Positions 27,504-40,852 are shown, counted from the whole stretch's first letter. The stretch: 60,671 nt of DNA, filler included, from Dugesia japonica (GCA_001938525.1; 4 parts of 4 records of this genome joined end to end with filler, not necessarily neighbours in it); one strand, 5' to 3'. Numbers and translations: made by a program. The notes: generated by a model from the sequence alone, not told the origin.

Positions 27504-28198
27504 ATGTCTGAGCGAATACAAAATGAGCTAACGCAGAATGAACTAACACAAACGAAGAACGAGCAAATATTGGGAGAAGACTTAAATTTAAATGATGGTG
27601 AAAGTAAAAATATTTATCCAGATTTAAATAAATATATTTACAAAGATAAAAAATACACTATTCAAGATCTTAAAACTAAATTATCGAATTGTAGATTTTG
27701 AATCTGATCTTTATTTTATTGATGATTACATTATAAAAGATTTATAAAAGATGGAGAAGATTAGATACTTCAATAAGATTTACAGAAATATTTATTGGAA
27801 CTTGTGTTGGAATAACTGGAAATATATTCATTTCTATAGGAACTTTTGGAATTGGATCAAGTTTAATTCCAATTATTTTAACAAGTGTAATTTCTTGTAT
27901 TCCCATAATTGGTACTTTAAATTCATCATTAATAAAAACAAAAAAGAAGAAGTACAAAAATTTAATTCATGAGTAAGAAACTTTTAAAAACAAATTATTT
28001 TTATTTCATCAAAAAGCTTTATCGGATGATATTTTAACTGATGAAGAAATATCAATAAACAAAAATATGGTTTAACAAGTTAAAGATTTAATTTCCCATA
28101 AAAATAAAAAAGAAGTTAAAATTGAAAGTGATTTGTTAAAAAAACTAGAAGAACAAATCGAGGAACAACAGAAAGTTATTAATAAATTAAAGAAATAA
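27504..28198 (+). pseudogene. Polinton membrane-associated protein
   Basis: IYPDL motif, Gly-rich hydrophobic segments (LIGTCVGITGNIFISIGTFGIGSSLIPIIL), then KALSDDILTDEE and a coiled-coil tail. Confidence 0.6.
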
Positions 28199-28503
28199 AA
28201 GTGGCGTCCGCGGTCACCGCTTTAATATTTTAAAATTTATATTATATTACAATTTAGATGTTAGAAATAGTCTCATGCATGAGCCACCTTTGAATTTTAA
28301 TTGTTGCCACGAACTGCAGTTCGTTTATTTAAATTTTAATTGTGCCTGCAGGCATAGGTTTTTTATATTAAATTTGTCCCGTGGGTCAAACTTTTGTTTT
28401 TTGAATTTTTAGAAATTAATTTTAATAACCTGTACAATTTTATATTTTGAATTTTAGAAAAGCGAACTGCAGTTCACTATTTTTATATTAAACTACAATT
28501 TAA

Positions 28504-31500
28504 TTATTGTTTTAATTTATCTAACCTTAAATCCCACTCACTACAAATTTCACATTTAAACTTATTTCCATGTGGCAAATTGCTTACACCATTATCCTCA
28601 ATTAGTCTTTTATCCTCATAACCTGTTAAAGCTATCTTTTTTTGTTCAACGAATTCTATTTCATGTTTATTAGATTTTAAACTATAATTAGTACTTTAAA
28701 TTTTTTCTTTTGTCTCTAAAGCTTTATCGAATTCCTTCATACCTATTTCATTAAATTTAGATAAACCTTTATGTCTTTTATCTAACTTTTTATTTTGATT
28801 TTCAGTAAATTCATAAGCATAACGTTTTGCTTTTATAAAATTACATTTTGTTATTTCAGAATTTGGTTTTTCATCTTTCATTTGAAATAAATTATTACCT
28901 AATAAACTTTCAACGTGTGTTAAATTATTTCTTCCTATTATTTCTATAAAAATTNAATCTGTGTCACTATAATGTATTTTGTATTTATTTGGGATTGCAT
29001 TATCTAACTGATTCTAAATAAAATCATATATAACTTCTTTGGAATATTCTAAAATAGTAAAACCTATATTTGGAAATTTATTATATTTTAATTTAGATTG
29101 TCTTAAATGAATAGCAGCTGTTTCTACTCGCTCGGTTTCTAGATCTAAAGTTTATTTTTGATGCAAATTTCTGATAATCTTTATCTGTTCCAACTATTTC
29201 TATATTAAACCTTTTTCTAAAATCTTCTAGTGTTTTACCATAAAATGCATTATTTAATAATTTAAAGAAATAATCACCAAATAAATCGTTATTTCTTTTT
29301 GATATGTTTCTCTGATCAATGTTAAATTCTATATAATCCTTTAACCATGGTTTTATTGGAAGGATATATTTTGAATGTATTTTTTAAATTTTCATTCCTA
29401 ATTTTAAATATAAATCTAATGTAAAACCCAAAACAATATAATTTTGTTTTGTCAAATTGATTCAATGGTAATTTAATATTTTTCTTACTTAATTTCTTGT
29501 TAAATAATAATTGATATGGTCCTAACATTTCTTCTTTAATATTTATTCTATCAGGAGCTGGAGGAAAATATTTTGTCTTTTCATGTATTTCTGGAGGATA
29601 TTCTAATTCAACTTCATAAATGTAATTAATTTCTGGGGTTGATTTTTTATATATTAAATTTTCAGATTCAATTATTTTACCAGTTGGTAAAGGTTTTGTC
29701 ATGCAAGAGGCAGAAAGACTGTTTTCATCTAAATATTTAATAAATGTATCTTCAAAATAATCTTGTGAAATATGTTGTATCTTCTTGTGCATATTTTAAT
29801 TGGGCCCCGTCTGGGTTTTGTTTTGTGAATTTCATTCCTGCAGCCCAAGTTAATCCTGGAGCTGAGTAATAATAACTAGGATCTATTTGAAAATTATTAA
29901 GACAAATTTCTCTAAAGTTTTCAAAGAAATCTGTTAAAATAATTACATCTAATTTCATATAAAACATCATATGATCAAAAAAATTATTAAAACGTTAGAA
30001 ATCTTGTATAAATTCATTGTATTCTTGTGCAGTTATTTTTTGTTGTTTTAGTTTATTGTTAAAATCTTCTTTTTTCGGAATATTATTACTTTTTAATAAA
30101 TTAATTACTTGATTAATATTATTTCCTTTTACATATTCATATGGAAATGCTATTTTCTTTGGAGCAAGATTACATGATTTTAAATGATTATAATTATTAG
30201 ATTGATTTAATAATTTACCCATAGTATCAATCGATATAAATGGACACATGCTTGAAGAATCTAAAAATCTAATTTTTCTAAATTCAAAGGAAATGTACAC
30301 TTCATCTGTATGAGTAATTATTCTTTTTACTTCTGTTGGATATTTTGTTAATAATTCTTTGAAAAATAGATGATTGTCATAACCTGAAGNATTGTGAAAG
30401 TAAAATGGTATAAATAATTCTTTTATTGATTTATCTTGTAAATTACAAATTTGATTATCATAACCTCTGAATTCCCCATGAAAGTTATCATGATCTATTA
30501 CTAGATTTTCAGTTATCTTTTTATTACAATATCTACATTTAGTTTCTTGTGTAAAATTTGCATGATCAGTTCTAGTATAATATTCAATTAATTTATTTTC
30601 TTTTATATCTTTTAATTTATTATTAATCTCTTATAAAAATTCAAAGAACTATTAATGTATATTTTCTCCGTAAAATTCTTTATATTCATTTTGAATTAAA
30701 TGTTGATATTTACTTTTGATATAAATTCCTAGAGATAATGGTTTTTGTTTATTGGTAATTGTACTGGTCCAACTTTCAAAATCACCATAAATTACAAAAG
30801 GCAATTCATTTGAAGAATAATAATTTTTTTTAAATGAATAATATTTATCATTTTCAAAATATACTTTAGATGAATCGTGGTTAATACATTCTTTTTGATG
30901 ATTAATTAATAAAGTTTTACTGTGATAACAATTCATACAACATAAACACAAATGATTTTTATTTTATAAGTATTAGCAAAAACACCAACATTTCTACACA
31001 AAATATTATGCCCTTTATAAAATAATAAATTATATTTATTTATTTCTGATGATGNATTACTATCATAATGAGAAATATAAACTGGATTGATTTTAGCAGA
31101 ACTGGTTACTTCAAATACATTTACTTTAAAATCATTTAATTTTTCAAACACTTTTAGATCATCAATACTTGCAGGAAAATTTATTTGTTGTGGTCCGTTG
31201 GATTTTATTTTTAATTCATTTACATAAGGAGTATATTTTGAAACTCTAGTTGGTTGATCTCCAAATACATGTTTATGAGCCAAATTTGAATAAAGAAAAC
31301 AAAAATCATCTTTATTTTTAATATTAATAACACCTGGTTTAATAAAAAGTTATTTTCTATATGAAGACCCACCAACTTATGATTGATATTTTGAAAGTTA
31401 AATTTTAAAATCAACAATACAATCCAAATTCCATCCACTTTGATTTTGATCTTCATATACCATGTATCTTTGAAGTTGATTTAATAACTCTTCCACAATA

Positions 31501-31778
31501 ATTTTTACATCGCTTTTGAAAGAAACTCTTTCATTACTTGAATATGAATTAAATACTCTTTCTTCATCTTCTTTAGTATAATTACAGTTTACATTTAAAC
31601 GTAACATCAACATTTTTGAATAATCAAAATAAATATCTACAATTTTAGTAATTTCTTTTTTAAACCAGGTTATTAATTTAAAATTCAATTTTTGTACATT
31701 TCTAGTTAATTCGATTTTACTTTCTTTAAAATATTCAATTTTATAATACTGTTGATGAAAATTAAAACCATTTGACAT
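28504..31778 (-). pseudogene. polB: Protein-primed family B DNA polymerase (group II/beta type)
   Basis: PFVIYGDFES; FHNXSGYD; RFLDS; FPYEY; DVIILTDFFENFR..C...DPSYYYSAPGLTW; YLDENSL...PLPTG; KLLNNAFYGKT; YSDTD; MKDE; DKR...PHG; many frameshifts. Confidence 0.93.
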
Positions 31779-32496
31779 TCACATACATACACAACATACA
31801 CAACAAGTAATATACAAAACAAATATGAGCAAATAACAATCAGAACGTCCAGCATCACAATCAACCAACTCAATCAATCAATCAATTCAAGCAATCAATC
31901 AACTCAAAATCAATAAATTTTATCTGATTCAATTTTACTAATTGAAACTCTATTTGATCTGATTTGATGTTAACCAAATTGACTTTGTTAAATTGATTTA
32001 TCATAAAATATGTTATTTGTAAATTTTTTTTTATAATATTTCATTTGTAGAATTTTCTATGTAATTAAAAATATCTTATTTATAAAATTGCATATTGCAT
32101 GATAAATTATTTATTAAAATCATGAACAATTATTTACCTAAATTATCAACAAACAATTATGTATAATTTGTAATTTATTGAAATTATCGATTAATAAATA
32201 ACTAATAGAAATTTTTATATATAATTTATCTGTAATAATGGAAATTTATATCAACGGAAATCTTTATGTAAGTTTTATTTATTCTGTAAAATTTTGTAAT
32301 AATAATATTAAAATCATGCATGCCGTATTAGTATAAATAGTGATTAAAATTTTAGTTGGACCTTCTGAGATCCACAACAAAAAGGTTAAAAATCTTGAAG
32401 TAGATAAATTAAAGTTTTGTAACGAAATTTTGTGTTGAATTACATATTTTTTAAAAGAAAATCTTTGATTTTATTAAATAGAACGACTATATAGCG

Positions 32497-32525
<29 letters not shown>
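32497..32525. repeat. (TA)n microsatellite
   Basis: Direct reading. Confidence 0.9.
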
Positions 32526-32528
<3 letters not shown>

Positions 32529-32695
32529 AATATTATTGTATTTATAATAATATTAAGGTATATAGGATTCTTTATCGATAATAATATATTGGGATTGTTT
32601 TCGCAAAATATTATTAAACTCACGCAAAGTTGATTTATTTTAGCAAAATCCCCCAAGGTATCTCAACAATACTTTATATTTTTAAAATGTTTAAA

Positions 32696-33148
32696 TCATT
32701 TTCTTGTTTCATTCTTTTCAAAATCAGTTGCTTCATCTTCAGATAATTCATCAAATAAATATTTAGTTTCTTTTTCTCTCGATTTTAAAACACGCTCTTG
32801 TTGTACTCCACTATTAAAATAAGATCTTGCATGGTTTTGTCTAGTGAATGTTAAATTGCAATAATTACAATTTAAGGCANCTCTAGACCTACCATCATCT
32901 CCACAATTCGTGGAGTTTTTATGCAATCGCAAGCCTTTTTCACTTGCTAATCTTTTGAAACAAATGTTACATGTGTAATAATCGTGTACCGATCTTGCAC
33001 AGGTTCGAGATTGAATATGTGACGACAACCCCGCGTTATTTTTAAAAGTCTTGTTACAAATAGAACATTTAAAAATTAACGCTGAAACACTCATAGGTCT
33101 TTGAAAATTCATATTTGAGATTTGCGTTTCACTTGNGAAGCTACTCAT
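32696..33148 (-). CDS. C2H2/C2HC zinc-finger protein
   Basis: CSICNKTF....GLSSHIQSRTC, CNICFKRL....GLRLHKNSTNC, CNYCNLTF...NH; acidic tail. Confidence 0.75.
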   Translation of the reverse strand: MSSFXSETQISNMNFQRPMSVSALIFKCSICNKTFKNNAGLSSHIQSRTCARSVHDYYTCNICFKRLASEKGLRLHKNSTNCGDDGRSRXALNCNYCNLTFTRQNHARSYFNSGVQQERVLKSREKETKYLFDELSEDEATDFEKNETRK

Positions 33149-33199
33149 TTTATAAATAAATAATTTGGTTGTTTAAAAAAATAACTACCTTAAAGGTTC

Positions 33200-34326
33200 T
33201 TATTTTGAGTTAGATGTGTTTACTGTGTAATTTGCTAAATCGCTTTTAGCTGCGTTAACTCTTTTTATTTCTACTTCATATTCTTCCGAAACTTTTAATC
33301 TTGTTAATCTTTCACATAAATCATCACTATTTTCTTTTATTTTTTTAGCAATATTAATACAATCTTCATTTCTAATAATTAGATCATCATCTTCTTCCCA
33401 ATTTATCAATGTAAGTTTTAAACCTGCATGTTCAATAAATTTTGGTTTTTGAGCTAAATTTAATTGTTCCCTTAACTTATTCTTTTCATCCATTTCTTTT
33501 TGGTAATCAATTTCCAATTGTTTTATAATTTCAATATTTCTTGCGTCTTATTTAGAAAATTGATTTATTAATTTACTCTTACATTCTGATTCACAAAATT
33601 TAGAAACCATAATACTTAATAATATTTTAAAAATTTCACATTCATTAAAATTTTCGACTTGTAAATACATTTCCTTTAAAAGAGCTAAATATGTTTTTGC
33701 TGTTTTATTTGTAATTTCACATTTGGCAAAACTTTTAATTTCCATGATAGTAAATTTTTCAAGATTTGCTAAATTTTTTATACTATTATATAAAGTATTT
33801 ATACCCAAAACTTCTTGTTGTTTTGGGTTAAGAACAACTTGTTTTTACTAGCCATTTTCTTTACTGAAAAATTAAAATTCTATAATTTCTTCCGAACAGT
33901 ATTTTCAACAACTTTTAGAAAATCTGAATCAGTCATTTTACGATAATCTATTTTGGGTTTTTTTATTTGTTGATTTTGTGTTTGTTGGTTTTGAATAGGT
34001 CTTATAGAACTTTGATTTTGTGGTTTAGGAATTTGGTTTTGACTTTGCAACCTCTCATATCTTTGTTTTAAAGATTCATATTAACCATTATTATTTCTTT
34101 TTAAAGTTTTAATCTTTGTTCTTCTATTATAAGGAATATTAAATTCTCTTAAAAATTTTCTCACTGTTTTTTCACTTAAGTTATTTTGTATGGAAAAACC
34201 CAAAACTGAATTTTCAATAAAATTATAACTTTTTAAGAGTTTATAAAATTCTGCTTCAGTTGTATCTAATTTATTCATATTTTTATTACTATTACAAGAC
34301 ATTTTTAAAAATAAAAAATTTAACAC
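33200..34326 (-). CDS. Three uncharacterised ORFs (33200-33517, 33548-33808, 34081-34326), possibly fragments of one or two disrupted viral genes
   Basis: Codon style, packing and strand match the Polinton genes; no recognisable domain. Confidence 0.45.
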
Positions 34327-36049
34327 TATACTATTTCACTACACTGTTTTTTATAATGTATTTACTTAATTCCATACTATTTTTCCATACTTTTATTCCT
34401 TACTTTAATTTTTTTTACTTTAATTCTATACTTTTTTTCATATTCTAAGTTTGTATTAACTCATTTTTAATATGTTTTTCAAAATTAAAAAAATCTAACA
34501 AATTTAAAAATCAAACCAACAGCTCAAGTAGATGTAAAAATACGGTTTCCCGAGAAGTTGTTTATTTATATTCACTATACACTATTTTTTCCAAAGACAT
34601 ATATGTACGTGAAGAAAGATCACAATCTCGATGGGAAACTGTTTTTTTTATCTACTAGGCACGAATAGAGAATCGAATTCTTAGAGAAAACCAAGAACAT
34701 TGGCACCAGCATTAATGAGAAAAAAGAATCAAAAAAATAAAAATAAAAGGCCAATAGCAATTGTGGCGTGTTGTAAAGGAAATGGTATAAAAACCCCTTG
34801 ATTTTAGTAGAAAAACAACCAATTTTCTTTATATTTTAACTGTTGAAAAGCTGCACGACTTAATTTAGAAATCGATCTTATAAACTCGGAAAACGTTTCA
34901 TCACTAGTTGAATAATCACCGCTAAAGTAATACAACTCTAAACGAATTTGAATGTATTATTTAAATCAGAAAAGCAACTGCTCTCAATAATACTTTTGGA
35001 AAGTAATTGGATTACCGATTCAGTAGAAAATAAGAAGAATTAATACTACGAAAAACCCGTTGCAGAAAATCCTAAGAAAGCAAATTGAAGTAATTATTGT
35101 TGTATTTATTTAATGTTGTGTCATGAAGGTGTTTTACTTTTCATAATGATAATTTATTCAATAATAATACAACTTATTGATTTAAATTNAATAAATAATA
35201 TNTAGATTTTTTAAATAAAAAAATGGACAATCAAAAACCGTTTTATTTTTAGAAAAAGTGTGATATGACATTCACCTATTAATCAATTCAAAACCCAAGT
35301 GATATCGACTGTGGTAACAATCGTTTTCCATTCATAATAGTTATACCTGATAATTACAGTGTTCACCTTCTATTTCAGTAGAAAAGTGAGACTGAATACC
35401 ACTGATCCGTCCAAATTCGAGATTGTAGATAACTCTGAGTTAATTCACATACGAATATGAAAAACAACGAGAACCAGGATACAGCTTTCTTTTTTTTGTC
35501 TCAGAAAATTTAGATGGAATTGCGTCAACGACTCATAAGTGAATACGGTGATGACTTAAAGGGTCAATGTGATGAGCTAATCTTCAATAGAAAAAATCCG
35601 TTAAATATTTCCAACCGTAGCGACGAAACTAATAAGATGTAGTTATCATAAATACTCTTAGTATGCACTAAAAAGTTTAAGAAGTGAATAGTGACAATCA
35701 AATTCTTACCTGATAAAAAATTGCTTGATTTTAATTGGATCCCTATAATATAAGAAAATTAAATTAAATACATAAAATCTTACTTAAAAGTTTAACAAGT
35801 GAATTTAATATTAAAATCTGAAAAAGATAGAAAAATAAACAAACACACAGCAAGCACACACATACACACACACATTGTTTTCAAAAAATAACTAAGTTTT
35901 CAAAACTTTAAGTGCTACAATTTTAAAAATGAACTACGAAAATTATGAAGCAATTTCAAGTGCGAGTTCTGACTCAACAGAACCCTACAGGCTTTCAAAA
36001 ATCCGTTCAAAGTAATTCTTTCATTTTTAATTCATATTTATTATATTTT

Positions 36050-36142
36050 AACAGGATTTCTGCTGTAGACAAAGAACGGATCATAAAAGCTTATGAAGAG
36101 GGCAGAGAATTGAAATCTGTCAGCGAAATTCTAAATGTGTAG
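36050..36142 (+). pseudogene. Tc1/IS630-like transposase HTH fragment
   Basis: ISAVDKERIIKAYEEGRELKSVSEILNV. Confidence 0.4.
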
Positions 36143-37488
36143 AAATTTTTGTCTAGAAAATGAAAAAATGTTATGCTGGATTCCAATCATGCACACACGC
36201 TAGCAGTTAAATCAACAGTCGATTACTGGACCCACAATTTTGACTCATTACAAATCTGCATTGGACAGAGTTGCATATTAGAAAAACTCGTCAGTCACAC
36301 TTACCAGTAATATCTGTAAATCTGCCAGCAATATTTTTTGTTCAGTGACGGCTTGGTTGAGGGCAATTCTGTATTAGTCTAATAACAGGACTATGAGTAA
36401 TTAATCCCATCATCTGGCACTGATAATGTTTGTAATATTTAAATTTTTAAGTAATGTAACAAAGTTATATGCAGTACCAAAACTATGTATTACCAATAGA
36501 ATCATTATCCTAGTACCAATATTCATAGGACTATTCCGGGTTATAATACTTTGGAAATGTTTATTATAATTGGTGTCATCTTAACATTATTACTATTATG
36601 GTTGTTATACGATTAATTATTATTAACCCTAATTGATCTACTATGTTTATTAATATCCACGTTATCATTAACAATCTTACTATCATTGTGAGTTATTCAT
36701 AACATTATTATTATTAGTAATATTACTGCTAATGTAATTATTATTATTGATTAATATGATCATTATTATGATTACTATTATTATGCTGATGAATATTATT
36801 GATATTATGATTTAAACAATGATCAATATGGGAATTATTATTATTATTACCCATGTTGCCACAGAGTTTATATTTATTATCATGGTCCCGACTCCTGTCG
36901 GCATCGTTATTTATTACCAACGGGACTCCCGTTATCATCGATTTTGCTAAATCTAACTAACTATGCGTTAAGTCTATTAATACCAGTAAAAGGAGTATTT
37001 ATCGACGTTAAGGGATCCTAGGACATTATTTATTGCTAATGCTAATCTATATCAGTTTGAATTAAGGAGTTCATATTGATGTGGAGTTACAGTGAATTTT
37101 AACCCTCATCTTATTTAAGAAATGTCGGCGTAGTTGAGGAACGCTTTACTCAAAATTTTGAAATAACGTCGGTCGGCACGACAAAAGCAACTCATCGGCC
37201 ACCCCCTGTTCCCGGACCTCGTAGAACACCAAGTCGAAACCGAGATGTTCCCGTTAAAATATCAGGTTGATATAGACACGGAACCTTAATTGCCATCGAT
37301 TTTGTTTAATGTTTGACATTTAATAAACTTTCATTATTTATCTTGTTCTCAACCAATTGTCTAAAATTTCACTATTAATGTTAACCATAGTTACTTCTAG
37401 CTAGGATGGAATTCAAATGAGAAATCTTAATAGACCACTGCACGGGTAGTATAGTTTTTTAACGATATCTAAACCCACATAACCGAGA

Positions 37489-39024
37489 TGTTGGGGTGTT
37501 GGTAGATCGTCCCAATCTACCTACAGAGGAGGCCGAGGATGAGCGACAATAAGACGCAGCCAAGCGTCGCGCCTTTTACGAGTGGAACGGTCCCAACCGA
37601 AAACGAGCAGTATATCATTCCACTACGGCTTTCCCCACCGATTAACAATGAGACGCGCACCACTAATAAGTGTGTAAAAGGCATTTGCCCACTTTTCACA
37701 ATCTTACCACGTTTGTACAGAATAACATCTGGAACATACACAACGACGAGGAAGGCGGAAGTTAGGAAAATACGGGTACTGTCACCAATAATGTAACTCC
37801 GTTGTAATTATTATGTTTTGAGTAGTGAATAACCAAAAAATTCCAACCATTATATTTATTTCTTATTTTATTCGTTTTCTGGCAACCATCGTAAATAAAT
37901 CAATTCACTATTTTAAATTATTGATTCTTTGTTGCGTTGTCGAATTTTCATAATTACTAACGATCTAGCTTTTATAGTGAATTCGTCATTGAATCGGTCA
38001 TCAGCTCCCACTAAAAAATGAGGGAAACGAGTGAAGACTCCGAAATAACGTGGGACTTGTATCGTCTCGTAAAGCGTCGCTTGGAGGCCGTTACGGCGAC
38101 AGCGGAAAGTAAAGCAAAAAGATATAAAAAGAAATGCATAGAGTTTCGTAGAACGGAGGCCTCCCATGCACAAGACAGACTCTGAAAAAGCCAAGGTTAT
38201 CCGGTCCCTCCATGACCGTGAGAATAAACTGGTATCAGATATTCTGTCATTACTAAAGGCTATGCATCTAGAGAGGCTAATAGTTGATAAAACCACACCA
38301 ACATCGCGGACATGACTTCTTATGTTCTTACAGTTTTGCAAATAAAAGATTTCTCGATTTATATTGACTTACTTTCCGTTTGTTTATGTTTATTTTTTGA
38401 GAATTCTTCTAATTCTAATTTGTGTCAGTATCTAGAATTCAGTTACCCACAAGTCTCCGGAGGTGTCACTGTCTCATTTAAAAATTATTATTGGAACGCC
38501 ACATTAAGCGTCAAAATGAAAGAGCCTAGTTTCGACACCTGACACAGCGCAACCGTTTAATTAAGAAGCTCGACCAAATAGTGAAAAAGCAGAGGGAGTT
38601 GGCGAACAGACTAAACAGACACTACAGCATAAGATTGACTTCCTGCAATATTATATAACAGATTTAACAATACATCTTTTGGCTCCGTTTGAACGACAAC
38701 GACGATGAAGCCGTCTTCAGCATTTTAGATGAGGAGCCTACCCAAGGGTTAGACCCGAAGGCCTCTGGATTTTATATAGAATGTCACCAAATAAATCTTA
38801 GTTTTAGTAATTTATTAATTAATATGGTTAATTTCAAATAAGGGACAATTTTGAACCCGAAACAAATGTTGCCCCTCAAATAAATAAATAAATGTTGGAG
38901 GTCAACCGCTCTACACTAAAAATCTAAATAGGGACATTAGATTAAATTCTTAAACGGGTACCCTGAGGGCTGTTTTTTCCCCAGCCATGTTTTTTCTACC
39001 ACAAACTCAGGTGGCACCCCAACA
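37489..39024 (+). mobile_element. Unclassified element copy A (TGTTGGGG...CCCCAACA) with three coding-like blocks
   Basis: 3' ~150 nt homologous to 44378-44495 and 52307-52379; block GEQTKQTLQHKIDFLQYYITDL...DNDDEAV...PTQGLDPKASG; true 5' end uncertain and may lie further upstream. Confidence 0.6.
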
Positions 39025-39960
39025 TAAAGTCTGCCAAAAAAAACAAAGAAAAATTTTTAAATTACCCACCAAAAAAATATTTTTTAGAATTTCCCGCCAA
39101 AAAATGTTTTTTTGAATTTCTCGCCAAAAAAGATTTTAAAAATAATAAGACTTTCCTCTCCCTGTTCAAAAAAAATATTAAAAACAACCTTTCCCAATCA
39201 AAAATATTCAAAAATACCATTACTTTCAATAAATTCATCATGTTAAGCTAAATACAGCATTTTTAACCAAAATAAAGATTTCAAAACATTATTATGTCAC
39301 ACACTCCCTACCGAAAAATATTTTTTAACACTTTTATACTACTAACAAATATCAATCAATCAAATTCAACCACAACCAATCAGAAATTAAAGCACAATCG
39401 ACATAACAAATATCCACCATCACATTATCTCTCTAACAACCCATCAACCAACAAAATCCAACAACTCCATACAAAGATACATTCTCTCAAAAAAGACCGC
39501 ACAATAACTCATACAACTGTGCCCGTGCGCTACCATAGTCCTAGGACATACCATCCATCCAACCTCATAAGTCCTTTAGACAATGTATAGGCAGAAGTTT
39601 TGTCCAACAACAACCAAATCTTAAAAACTCAAAAAAAATTATTTCTAAGATCTCCAGCTCCAACTCGTGTCCAAATTCACTCTTTCACACGCACACACAC
39701 TCACTCACACACAAACTCAACTTGAGATACTTTTTAAAAACCACCTTAGCAACCCAAACACACGCAAAATTTAAAAATACACACAGGATCAAAAAAATAA
39801 GATCCGATTAAAAAAAATTATCCGATCAAAAGTTTTTTGATCCCAAAAATCTTAGGAAAAACCCCAGCACAATCGTAATGTATTTCCGACCCCCCCAGGC
39901 GGGGCTCCCCCAAAATTATGAATATTTCGAATTTTGCCCGTGCGCTACTATCACACTACT
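39025..39960. repeat. Putative Maverick terminal/subterminal region ending ...CTACTATCACACTACT
   Basis: Reverse complement begins AGTAGT, typical of Maverick ends, followed by a GC-rich block; GCCCGTGCGCTAC recurs at ~39521; ~28-bp tandem units at 39065-39140. Confidence 0.55.
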
Positions 39961-40702
39961 GGTGACGAAGGTGATTGGAGAAATTTCAGGTGCAATTGTA
40001 TATTTGTAAAACATTCTGGGTTTTTCGAAGAGTAGGTAGTAACATTATAAAATCATTGACGAAGCATTGGAAAGTATTATAAAATCTGGATTGTGTAAAT
40101 CCGGAAAAAATATCAGTTCATGAAGAGTGAAATTAAGTTTTTGGAGTATATTATTTGTGAGAAAGGGGTCCAAACAGATCCGTTGAAAATTGAATTCATA
40201 AAAACATTCGGTCCAAAATGTGGTCTAAGAAATAAAAGTTGCAGTGAACTACAAGGTCATATGTAAATCGCTACTATTAATAGCGAAGTAAAGTCAGAAT
40301 CTTTAACCTCTTTAAATTAGCATATAAGATCTAAGATTTCTGAGTCAAACGATCACCAAATAAAAATAACGAATGTAAATTATTTGTTAAACCCATAAAT
40401 ATTTAAAAGTAAAACATTTTTTCGATATTAAATAGTTTAGTAAATAGTTTACCTATATATAATTTTAACAATATTTATCATATTAAGATTCCAATTCATC
40501 ACAATATATAATTAACAATTTATTCTGATAGTGAGAAAAGTTTCTTTAAAAACACGAAACGCTGCTTTATCCTTGTTATAATCGCAAAGGTATCTCAACA
40601 TATTTATTTTATTTATGGTTTTAGGAAATATATATGATTTTTATTATGCAAATACAAATATAAATTTTTTTCAACTACTATTACGAATTTTATAATTACA
40701 AT

Positions 40703-40852
40703 TATTGCGAGAATAATTGTTGNACTTAACCATTGATCGGATTTCAGATTTCATTAAAATAAGATAAAGCTTCGATCAAAACAAAATTTATTTGAACTTT
40801 TTTTACAAAAAAATTTGATTTTGATCGAAGCTTTATCTTATTTTAATGAAAT
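40703..40852. mobile_element. MITE copy with perfect 34-bp foldback
   Basis: Homologous to the reverse complement of 1661-1782; arms 40748-40781 and 40819-40852. Confidence 0.6.

Larger units (their letters stand above)
24800..34450. mobile_element. Group II/beta-type Polinton/Maverick (endogenous adintovirus-like) relic
   Basis: Compact + strand structural cluster (25006-28198) converging on - strand pPolB (28504-31778) and four more - strand ORFs; most genes carry stops or frameshifts; boundaries approximate. Confidence 0.9.

Noticed and set aside
25006-31778. Alternative genetic code explaining stops in viral genes
   Set aside because: All three stop codons and frameshifts occur, which fits neutral decay
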